Positions 21,905 to 30,656 of a DNA stretch of 49,870 bases are shown in pieces. The translations under genes were made by a program, and so were the position numbers. Below the pieces are notes generated by a model that saw only the letters and a program-made list of their open reading frames with translations, was not told the origin of the DNA and made no database searches. The DNA is from Chrysochromulina tobinii. Taxonomy: Eukaryota. The DNA is taken from positions 1 through 49,870 of the forward strand of contig JWZX01003394.1 in the NCBI GenBank assembly GCA_001275005.1, written 5' to 3'. Every line of letters starts with the position of its first letter. Position 1 is the first letter of the stretch.

Positions 21905-23437
21905 ATGCGTCGTGAGAGCATCACCGCACCCTCCGCCGCAGCCCTTGCAAACGGTCGGCCTGCCCACATGCAGCAGCAGCAGCAACAGCAGCTCGAGTCT
22001 CGACCCAAATTCGGCGCGTGGCGCCATGCCGGCGCTTGCCTCGCCTTTGTTGGCGTCATCGTGCTGGTCTCCAGCAGCCCACGCGACGACCGCGCGAGTG
22101 CTCGCCCGGCTATGGCCTCGGCGCACATGGACGCCATGCTCGCCGACGCCGAGGCGAAGGTCGCGGTGGCCAAGGCTGCAGAGCTCAAGGCGCAGGCGGA
22201 GCTCGCAAGGATTCGAGCCCTGCGCAAAACAGAGGCGTTGCCGCCATCCGCCCAGCAGGCAACCATGCCGACGGCGAGCGCAACCACCACGGCCTCGATT
22301 ATTGGCGCGACGGTAACGGGTGCATCTGCTCAGCAGCTGCAGGGTGAATTTGCCGTCGCACACCATCGTCTCGTTGCGTCCATCGAGCCGCCGCGGCTCT
22401 TGTCGCGCTTTGCCGCGCTGTGTGCTGGCCTCGCACCTGCGGTTGCAGTCCGGCCGGCGCCAGCGCGCTCCCTCTCCGCACGACTCGCGGCGGAGTTCTC
22501 GCCGTGGCAGTGGGCTGATTCGCCCGCTCGGCTCAGCTTCAGCCCAGACGGCATCGACGGATTGCTCCTCACTACTCCATGGGCCGATGGGCGGTGGGGC
22601 TCATTGCCTGGCCACCCGGGCTTGCTGTGGGCCAGCTTTGCGTCGCGTGATCACATCTTGTGGGTACGTGGGTACAATCTTGTCTCCCACCGGTGCCGCG
22701 ACAATGAGACGGTTCTGGTGACGAGTGTGACGGGCGGCATCGACACCGCTCGGGCAATCTCAAGTGACAGGTGTAAGGATCTTTTGAGTCGCCTGACGGT
22801 CTCGTGGGCAGCAAGCGTGGCGGCCACTTCGTGCGCGCAGCCAGGCGTGCAGACGGCAGCGGCAGCAACGCCAGCGGCTGCGAAGGCAGCGGCAGCGGCA
22901 GTGCCTGCGAAGCCACCACACTGCTGGCGCGTGCGGCGGCGAGGCCCATGGGCCTGGCTCGAGGGTCGACTGGTGAATCATCCCGCCTTGCTCCATTTGG
23001 GCTCCAACAGTGCCGCATTGGCCGAGAGACGAGCGTGCCTGAGCCATTGCCATGCGTGCCCTCAACCAGCCTCGGGTGGCGCACCGCATGGCATCCTCGA
23101 GGCATGCACGCCCACCGAGTGGAAATGCGCGTCCGAGTCGACCGCGGAGAAGGCTGGCCGTGGCGGTGGCGCCTTCGAAGTGATCCTTGTGGAGGCGCCG
23201 TTGCGGGCGCAGGCCGGAGACGGGCATAGGCCGGCCTCGGCGCTCGTGCAGAGCGGAAGGGAGGCGCTCGTGATCCCATGCTCGGCCTTGACTGCTGGCG
23301 CTGACCAGCAAGGCTCCACCAGCCAAGGCGCGTGCGGCCTCAGTCTCGCGATCTCCGTAGCTGCTGATGCTGAAGACCTCGATGACGACGACGAAGATGA
23401 GGGCGATGAGGCGGACGCGGACGGGGGTAACACGTGA
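21905..23437 (+). CDS. Hypothetical type II membrane protein
   Basis: 510-aa ORF with poly-Q, a single hydrophobic segment (ACLAFVGVIVLV), a coiled-coil-like stretch and an acidic C-terminus. Confidence 0.6.
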   Translation: MRRESITAPSAAALANGRPAHMQQQQQQQLESRPKFGAWRHAGACLAFVGVIVLVSSSPRDDRASARPAMASAHMDAMLADAEAKVAVAKAAELKAQAELARIRALRKTEALPPSAQQATMPTASATTTASIIGATVTGASAQQLQGEFAVAHHRLVASIEPPRLLSRFAALCAGLAPAVAVRPAPARSLSARLAAEFSPWQWADSPARLSFSPDGIDGLLLTTPWADGRWGSLPGHPGLLWASFASRDHILWVRGYNLVSHRCRDNETVLVTSVTGGIDTARAISSDRCKDLLSRLTVSWAASVAATSCAQPGVQTAAAATPAAAKAAAAAVPAKPPHCWRVRRRGPWAWLEGRLVNHPALLHLGSNSAALAERRACLSHCHACPQPASGGAPHGILEACTPTEWKCASESTAEKAGRGGGAFEVILVEAPLRAQAGDGHRPASALVQSGREALVIPCSALTAGADQQGSTSQGACGLSLAISVAADAEDLDDDDEDEGDEADADGGNT

Positions 23438-23641
23438 CCATCGGGTCCATACTTTTGAGCATATTTCAGGAAACACAACCGTCGGTTATGTTAAGTATAA
23501 GTCTCGGTATGCCGGTACGCGGCAGTAACTAGTATTGTACGGTATCGTATGCGAAGTTGCACGGCTTCGCTTTGTATTCCAGGGGAACCGCCCGCCCCCA
23601 CGTGTGCGCTGCCGTCAGGCGTGTTTTACTTACTTACTTAC

Positions 23642-25789
23642 TTACGTGATCAACTTCAAGAGGTCCAGCTTTGCTTGGCGCTCCTTCTCATCAAAGTCAT
23701 CAACTTTGATAACCTCCTCCTCGAGAGTCTCCCGCATGTAGCTCTGCATGCCCGAACTGAAGGAACCATTGGCCTTCCAGTGGCGGATCATATCGATGCC
23801 ATGCTTCACCGTCTTCGAGTCTGGATTCTTAATGACCGTCAAATCGTGCAGTACTTTCTTTTGCTCCTTCTCTGGCATGGCCAATAGGAAGGACAGGTTG
23901 GGCTGACCAGTGAGTCCTGTTATCGATTCTGCTCTTCCGCTGAGAACGATGTTCTCGATAAAGTCTTGGATTGCATTCGCTCTGCTACCGCCGTTGCCGC
24001 CCCGCGCCAGAGATTGAGCAACGAACGTGGAATACATTCGTGCCGTGCCGTGTCGGGTGGGGTGTATTCCTGAACCAGGAGGCGGGGGCTGGCCTTGTGA
24101 GTTGTGCTGAGGATACGTGAGATCACTGCCACTCTTCTGCACTTTGGCATCCCGCTCCATAGTACCGATCTTGCGGAATCCTTCGACCAAGACATTGCAC
24201 TTCAGGCACAGCTCACGAAAGCACTGGTTGACCTGCGCCGCCGTCTTGTCGGCATGGCACATGTCCCAAATCACGTACGACAAGAGAGGGCACGATCCAC
24301 TCGCTTCGAGCTCGCCAAGGAGCAGCTGAACGTCCGGATCGGGGATGCGCTTAGGCCACACTTTCTCATCGTCTTTGAGCCGCTCAGGGTGGCTCCACCA
24401 AGATGAGCGTACGGTGAAAGCAGTGGAGGGCGCAGTGGCTGCACTGCCAGAAAAAGAGGCGGGGCCTGGTGGTGCTGCTGCACCTGCAGCTGGGGGCATC
24501 ATGGCAGCCGAAGGTGCGGCAGCTGACAGTGTGGCAGGTGGCAGTGCGGCAGCTGGCATAGGCGGGAACGGTGGGGAGGTGCTCAGGGGGACAGCAGGTG
24601 ATGATGGTTGTTCCACTCCAGCGCCCAACCGTCTCACTGCCCGTGTCTTGCTCCGATCGTTGACTCGCCTCTGCTCGTACCGTCCCGACGAGGCGAAGTC
24701 ACCGGACTGGGCTACCTCGTATTGCTCGCCATGCACAATCACACAGACCTCGCGATGTCCCTGAACGATCAGCGTCTCCTCAAGCGTTCGCTGCACAGCA
24801 GAGTCCTCGTACTTGATGAATTTGCCTCCGAGGAACACTTGCCATTCACTGCTGGTCACCGCGATGGCTGGTGCCAGGGGAGGCGGCATCGGTGCTTCAG
24901 GCTCCACCTTTGGCAGAGCATCTATCGCTGATGCCAATACAATAGCTGCCTCTGTCGTACCTGTTGGCGCTGCATCCGTGTCCCGTCGCTGCCGCTTGTA
25001 CTCGCCACGCAGCCGATACCGGCGAATGTTTTCATCCAACTTGAGATCCTCATCGCCATCATCGTAGAGCACCATGTTTTTGTCATTGTCCTTGACATCA
25101 GCTTTCACCTGGCCCGGATACCAAACGCCATCACGGACAAATTCGCCCCAAATCAGCATGCCCGACTCGAGCTGAGCGCCCTGAAGCTCCTCACCATGTG
25201 GATCTTCGGCCGCCTTACCCTGCTGCACAAGCTTTCTGATACTGCTGGCGAGCTGCTTGCGCTTCCTTAGTGGAGCACGAGGAATGATATTACCTTCAGT
25301 CTCCGGCACTGATAGCTGACTGCTCGACTCTGCTTCTGAAGTTGCGGGTAAGGCATCGAGCAGCGGCGCGTGCGCTGGGCCGGATGCACCACTTGCAGCC
25401 ATCGGAGCTGTGACCGGAGCACCACTCGTGTCACGACCTTGTGCCTGAGCACTCGCGTCACGACCTTGTGCCTCCCGCCTTGATGCTGCCAGGGCGGCAG
25501 CAGCTTCGTTCCATTGCAATCTCTTCACCCTGTCGAGCTCGTCCTGCTCCAGCACGCGCTTCTCATGGATGCTCTGCTGCACAAGATGCACGAGGAGGTC
25601 GAATCGGTGGCGCTCACCTTCTTGCATTGCATAAACTTGCTCGACGCTCTTCTCGGCTTCCTCAACATCGGCCAGGGCTTCGCGCTTCACAATGTTCAAG
25701 GTGGCCGTACTCTGCTCGAAAAATTTGGCGCGCTTCTCGTGGTTGATGTGCACGCCGATGATCTCCGCTCCGCTCCCCGAGGCAGCCAT
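23642..25789 (-). CDS. Hypothetical protein with Tudor-like and WWE-like domains
   Basis: From ATG 25789: coiled coil, Tudor-like GVWYPGQV...VLYDDGDE, WWE-like EWQVFLGGKFIKYED...YEQ...KTRAVRR, a Pro/Ala linker and an unknown C-terminal domain. Confidence 0.72.
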   Translation of the reverse strand: MAASGSGAEIIGVHINHEKRAKFFEQSTATLNIVKREALADVEEAEKSVEQVYAMQEGERHRFDLLVHLVQQSIHEKRVLEQDELDRVKRLQWNEAAAALAASRREAQGRDASAQAQGRDTSGAPVTAPMAASGASGPAHAPLLDALPATSEAESSSQLSVPETEGNIIPRAPLRKRKQLASSIRKLVQQGKAAEDPHGEELQGAQLESGMLIWGEFVRDGVWYPGQVKADVKDNDKNMVLYDDGDEDLKLDENIRRYRLRGEYKRQRRDTDAAPTGTTEAAIVLASAIDALPKVEPEAPMPPPLAPAIAVTSSEWQVFLGGKFIKYEDSAVQRTLEETLIVQGHREVCVIVHGEQYEVAQSGDFASSGRYEQRRVNDRSKTRAVRRLGAGVEQPSSPAVPLSTSPPFPPMPAAALPPATLSAAAPSAAMMPPAAGAAAPPGPASFSGSAATAPSTAFTVRSSWWSHPERLKDDEKVWPKRIPDPDVQLLLGELEASGSCPLLSYVIWDMCHADKTAAQVNQCFRELCLKCNVLVEGFRKIGTMERDAKVQKSGSDLTYPQHNSQGQPPPPGSGIHPTRHGTARMYSTFVAQSLARGGNGGSRANAIQDFIENIVLSGRAESITGLTGQPNLSFLLAMPEKEQKKVLHDLTVIKNPDSKTVKHGIDMIRHWKANGSFSSGMQSYMRETLEEEVIKVDDFDEKERQAKLDLLKLIT

Positions 25790-25862
25790 CGACACAAAAC
25801 GCGCCGAGAAATCTCCCCGCACGCTCGGCGATCCTACTACAGTATGTATTGTACGGGTACCG

Positions 25863-25920
25863 GTCCCGGCTCCCCCCGGTGTCTTTTTACCGGTAAAAAG
25901 ACACCGGGGGGAGCCGGGAC
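25863..25920. repeat. Perfect 58-bp palindrome of a dispersed repeat family
   Basis: gtcccggctccccccggtgtctttttacc is immediately followed by its exact reverse complement (29+29 bp, no spacer). Confidence 0.97.
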
Positions 25921-26321
25921 ACACACGGGACACGCGGACGCACAAAGGCACACGGACCGCACAGACGAACCACACAACCATCGAAACCCACCAACAACAC
26001 ACAACCAGCACGTCAGCGCGACGACCGAAGCCGCGGCCGACTCAAGAGCCGCAGGCCCGGAGTCGACCGCCCCCCGCGGCCGACTCAGAAGAGGCCACCC
26101 CCAGCGAACCCGACCCTGCCTCCACCCGCTCCCAGAGCGCCTCCCCGCGCTTGCTCGAAGGCGGTGCTCGGCGAAATGAACTAATGAAGGCGCGCGCGGC
26201 AGACGCGTAGCGGCCGGCAGTGCGACCAGAGCCCCCGATAAGCTCGAGGCGTGAGAGGCGGAGGCGGGCATGCGCAACGGCCGCGGCGAAGCCGACCTGC
26301 GAAAGACCGGTGCTGTACCGG

Positions 26322-26381
26322 GTCCCGGCTCCCCCGGTGTCTTTTTACCGGGATCCGGTAAGTGTCCCGGCTCCCCCCGGT
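26322..26381 (+). repeat. Two further partial copies of the palindrome arm
   Basis: gtcccggctcccccggtgtctttttaccgg at 26322-26351 and gtcccggctccccccggt at 26364-26381. Confidence 0.9.
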
Positions 26382-26557
26382 TTTGAACGGTATGTCAAAA
26401 GTCAAGTCAAGTGCTCAAGTTTGATGTTTTTTAATTCACGACACACCAACTCGTTCACACAGCACTACATCTACTGTAATGCTCGGTTTGAGAAGTGTGA
26501 CCTGCTCATGCGCACGGTTCAAACAGATACTCATTTTCTCACTCTGCGCGGACGCCC

Positions 26558-26598
26558 TTTCACAGCCAATGTTTATAACTCGGACACCCAAGACACCG
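26558..26598 (+). repeat. Dispersed ~40-bp upstream element, copy 2
   Basis: Near-identical to 20460-20499. Confidence 0.85.
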
Positions 26599-26695
26599 GA
26601 CCGGCGTACATACGGATGCGGTTACCATTGGCTCGGGGACCCCCGGACCCCCTATTACCGGGTACCGGTATATATCCTTCTCGATCGGAGTTCAC

Positions 26696-27910
26696 ATGCG
26701 AGCTCTTTTGATAATTACGCTCGTCGTCGCGGTGGTGGACGCACTCGGGCCCGAGGAGGGCCACGCCGCACGGATCTTCAGCAACGGCCGGGCCACGCTG
26801 CAGCTCGCGAATGCGCTGGATCCCGAGGCCGCAGGCACGGTCGTGCCCATCCGCACACGCTCGCAGCCTTGGAAGCGGATAGTCTTCGCGAGCCACGTAG
26901 AGCTGCCAGAATACATCGGAGGTCCACAATCCACCGCCTTCCCGCTCGTTGCGCACGTGAGCAACGCCACTGCGGACGGCGAGTCGTGCGCTGCCGATGT
27001 GCCTGTGCCGCTCGCCGAGTGGGCGGACGTGGCCGCGCAGGTGCTGAGCACGAAGCTCGTCGATCACGGCGCGGTGCTACTGCGCGGGCTCCCGATCGCC
27101 AACAGCGCGGACTACAATGAATTCATCGGCGCGCTTGAGCCGCGCGTCGGCTGGACGGCCGTCAAGCTCGGCGGCGGCGGTACGCAGCGTAAGGACCTGC
27201 AGGCCAAGGTGCGCACGGCCTCGGAGGAGCCCGCGGAGCACACGATCGAGCCGCACATGGACATGGCGCACTCTGTGGCGCACCCAAAGCGCATCGCCTT
27301 CTTCTGCGCGGCGGGGCCGCCAAAGGGCGTCGGCGGCGAGACGGTCCTCAGCGACATGCGCCGCGTGTACGCGACGCTTGCACAGCTGGGCATCCCCGAG
27401 CAGTTCGCGGCGCACGGCGGCGTCGCGTATCGCAAGCGGCTGTGGTCGGCGGAAAAAGTCAGCCACTCGTACACGTGGCAGCAGTTCTTCTTCACGCAGG
27501 AGCGCGAGAGCGCCGTCGACGAGGTGCGCCGGCGTGACCCGAAGGCGCGCGTCGATGAGGCGACCGGACGTATCGATTTCGAAGAGCATCTGCCTGCCGT
27601 TTGGGAGCATCCGACGACAGGTGAGCCGCTCTGGTTCAACGGCGTGCACACGAACCACAAGTCGTACTACGAGGAGGCGGAGCACGTCGACACCTCCGAT
27701 GGTTCACCCATGCACACGGCCTACGCGGACGGCGCCGAGATCCCCGAAACCACCATCGCAACGGTGCGCGCGGCTGTATGGAACCATTCGGTGGCAGTGC
27801 GGTGCCAGACGGGCGACGTGATCGTCGTGGACAATATGCTCGCTGCGCACGGCCGCATGGGCTGGATTAGCGGCAACCAGAGGCAGGTGCTGCTCACGCA
27901 CTTTCAGTGA
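26696..27910 (+). CDS. TauD/TfdA (clavaminate synthase-like) Fe(II)/2-oxoglutarate dioxygenase with signal peptide
   Basis: HGAVLLRGLP, IEPHMDM (HxD), GGETVLSD, HPTTGEPLWFN and GDVIVVDNMLAAHGR. N-terminal MRALLIITLVVAVVDA. Confidence 0.9.
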   Translation: MRALLIITLVVAVVDALGPEEGHAARIFSNGRATLQLANALDPEAAGTVVPIRTRSQPWKRIVFASHVELPEYIGGPQSTAFPLVAHVSNATADGESCAADVPVPLAEWADVAAQVLSTKLVDHGAVLLRGLPIANSADYNEFIGALEPRVGWTAVKLGGGGTQRKDLQAKVRTASEEPAEHTIEPHMDMAHSVAHPKRIAFFCAAGPPKGVGGETVLSDMRRVYATLAQLGIPEQFAAHGGVAYRKRLWSAEKVSHSYTWQQFFFTQERESAVDEVRRRDPKARVDEATGRIDFEEHLPAVWEHPTTGEPLWFNGVHTNHKSYYEEAEHVDTSDGSPMHTAYADGAEIPETTIATVRAAVWNHSVAVRCQTGDVIVVDNMLAAHGRMGWISGNQRQVLLTHFQ

Positions 27911-28346
27911 GCGGCCACCACTTTGGAGTGGGGGCCAACCTTTCTTTGCAGCAACTTCTCGCTATCGTGTTCCATTCCGTTCGCTTTGATGAGCATGAGG
28001 ACCGCCCCGGATCGGACCTCAGACCCATGGCACATGCGATGAGACCGGACCAGACCAGCCGCGACTTTGTAGACAGTACCAGTACCAGGCGGGGTACGTT
28101 CCCCGCCCCATGACAGAAGCATGCAGAAGCAGTAGTAGCACAGAACGTGTTGCGCTTCTTACTGTTACATATGAATATTCGCTACGCTCCCGAAAAAACC
28201 ATCGCAGCAATGTGTACTCAAAAAAAATAGCCATGGCCGACACTTCGAGCGCGACGCCCACACGAACGGTGATGTGTCGCAGTGTACTTGTAGTGCAATT
28301 CTTTGAATGCATGCAGAATCGGGCTCAAGTGCCTGTTTCGCTTTCA

Positions 28347-30083
28347 ATGGTGGAGGACGATGCAAAAACAAATTCGCGAGCCGATGCGCCGGCGTCTTCT
28401 CACGTCGACGGCTCCAAGCTTATGAGCTTTGCAGCCGAGGAGGACGCCCCTGATGAGAACGAATCGGTGCCCGCCTTCGACCCTCCCTCCTCAAATCGCA
28501 AATCAACTATCCCCTCGCTGCCGCTAGTTCTTGCTCCCCTGCCATTGTGGAAGAAAAAGCTGCATGAAAAGACGCACCGAGCTACGGCCCTCGTGAAGGA
28601 GTCGCAGGATCGCGAGGCGCAGGCACGCCTGATGCTCAAAAGCATGAAAGTGCAAGCCCAGCGCCAACTCTCGCGGGCGCATAGCGAGGCATCCCTGGCG
28701 ATCAAGATTGAGGCCAACCGCGAGACGGCGCTGGCAATCAAGATTGAATCGCGTCGACTCATCGGACTGGACGTGACTGACCGCATGAAAGACACGCCCG
28801 ATCCAACAGAAGACGATATCAAGGAGCTGTCGGTGCTCTTCAACGAGCAATTGGCCAAGCACTACGCGCCGGACGATCGCTCGTTCTTCAAGCTGTTCAA
28901 GGAGGCTGACCTCGACGGTTCGCATCGCATCTCGTACGTGGAGGTCGAGAAGCTCGCGCGGCATGCGCTGCACATCAGCGTCAAGCAGCTGCCGCCCGCG
29001 CGCCTCGACATGCTCTGGAAGGCGATGGACAAGGACGGTTCCGGATTCATTGATGCTGGAGGTGAGCGTAGAGCGAGGCAGTGCGCCCGGATGGCCCGGA
29101 TGGCTCCACAGCTGCGAAATCCTCCCCCCTGCAGCGCTCACACGTACCATTTTCCCGTGTGGCGTATTGCCCGCTCGCTCGCAGAGCTCTCGCGCTTCAC
29201 CAAGATTGGCAAGCCGAAGACGCTCACTCCGGTGCAGTTAGCGCGTCTCAAGCTGCAAGCAGAGCGCGACCGGCAGGCGGCCGCCGACCGCGCAGCCGCG
29301 GATAAGCGTCAGGAGATGCACACGATCAAGAAGCAGCTCCAGGTTGAGCCTGCAAGCCGCGAGGAGCTTGAGCAGCTGTCAGCCATGTTCTCCAAGGCCC
29401 TTGCCAAGATGAAGGTCGGGCACGTGAGTGTGCATAAGCTCTTCCTCAATATGGACAGGAAAGAGTCCGGCAAGGTGACCATTGAAGAGTTCCGGACCGC
29501 GTGTCGCGAGGACCTGCACCTGTCGACGAATATGCTGCCCGAGGAGAAGCTGTGGCGCCTGTGGCGCGCGCTGGACGAGAATGAGAACGGCTTCATATGC
29601 GCGGGCGAGTGGGGACGCTTCATGCGTGCGCATGCCCCCGCGGGCGTCGATGACGGGCAGGTGGCAGCGACGGCTCCATACGCGCGGGCGTTGCAGGCGC
29701 ACGAGGTCGGACGGACACGCGAGACAGAGCTGTGGGCTCTGCAGACGGCACAACGGTCCAATGAGCTTGCACGCTCGATGGAAGATGAAGCAGCTCGGCT
29801 ACAGGCGATCCTCGACAGGGCATCCAACAGACTGCTCAAACCAATCATGCGATCGATACCATCGCTCCTCGCCGAAGGCGCAGCCGAATCATCAGCCACT
29901 CCCGCAGCAGACGGTGCGAAGGCAACGCTCAGCCCCCAGCGTTCCTCTGCTGCTCTGAAGAAGCTCGAGGCGGAGATTACACGCGGTGTTGGCAATAGGC
30001 GGCGCATCTCGCCTCCTCGTGGAGCTGCTGACAAACCGATGCTGCGAAGCTTCGCGAGGGAAGAAGGACAGGACATTCGTTGA
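28347..30083 (+). CDS. Multi-EF-hand calcium-binding protein; intron 29062-29184; start codon uncertain
   Basis: EF loops DLDGSHRISYVE, DKDGSGFIDAGE (after splicing GTGAGC...CGCAG), DRKESGKVTIEE and DENENGFICAGE. Confidence 0.82.
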   Translation: MVEDDAKTNSRADAPASSHVDGSKLMSFAAEEDAPDENESVPAFDPPSSNRKSTIPSLPLVLAPLPLWKKKLHEKTHRATALVKESQDREAQARLMLKSMKVQAQRQLSRAHSEASLAIKIEANRETALAIKIESRRLIGLDVTDRMKDTPDPTEDDIKELSVLFNEQLAKHYAPDDRSFFKLFKEADLDGSHRISYVEVEKLARHALHISVKQLPPARLDMLWKAMDKDGSGFIDAGGERRARQCARMARMAPQLRNPPPCSAHTYHFPVWRIARSLAELSRFTKIGKPKTLTPVQLARLKLQAERDRQAAADRAAADKRQEMHTIKKQLQVEPASREELEQLSAMFSKALAKMKVGHVSVHKLFLNMDRKESGKVTIEEFRTACREDLHLSTNMLPEEKLWRLWRALDENENGFICAGEWGRFMRAHAPAGVDDGQVAATAPYARALQAHEVGRTRETELWALQTAQRSNELARSMEDEAARLQAILDRASNRLLKPIMRSIPSLLAEGAAESSATPAADGAKATLSPQRSSAALKKLEAEITRGVGNRRRISPPRGAADKPMLRSFAREEGQDIR

Positions 30084-30656
30084 CCGTGTTACAGACTGTG
30101 TGTAACACTGAGCCACACTGTGCACGTATGTACGGTATAAAATGCAAAGGCAGCTAACCGCACCTCCCGTCCCGACACTTTCACTCGCCAAACAGCAAAC
30201 CGACGAAACAGCTCTCGAACACACAAATCCGCGCACATGAGCGCGACATCTCGACACGAGACCGCGCCATATGTGCACTGTGCTCTAACTGTGCTCTTAC
30301 AACAGTCAACACTGGTCACCGTCTCCGGAATTCTCGTCTCACAACACACTGACACACATCGCCCGTGTCCGCCATGCACGTGCGTCATGGCGTTCTATCA
30401 CTTATCTTCGGTCTTGAGACGTGACAGAGACGCATCGCATGCACGACATGATCTGAGCTCTCTTCTAGTTTTACTGCCCATCCGTGGTGTATCTCGTTCT
30501 TACCCCTTTCGAGCGCGTGCTCGCCGCGTGGGCCGTAACCTTTCACACGTCAGCTTCCAGTCAGTTCTTCACATGCAAAGACGGAATGGCTCACGTCTCA
30601 GCTCTCACGCCTCCCCATGTTCTTGTTGCACATCCAAACATCACGGAGGCAGACAA

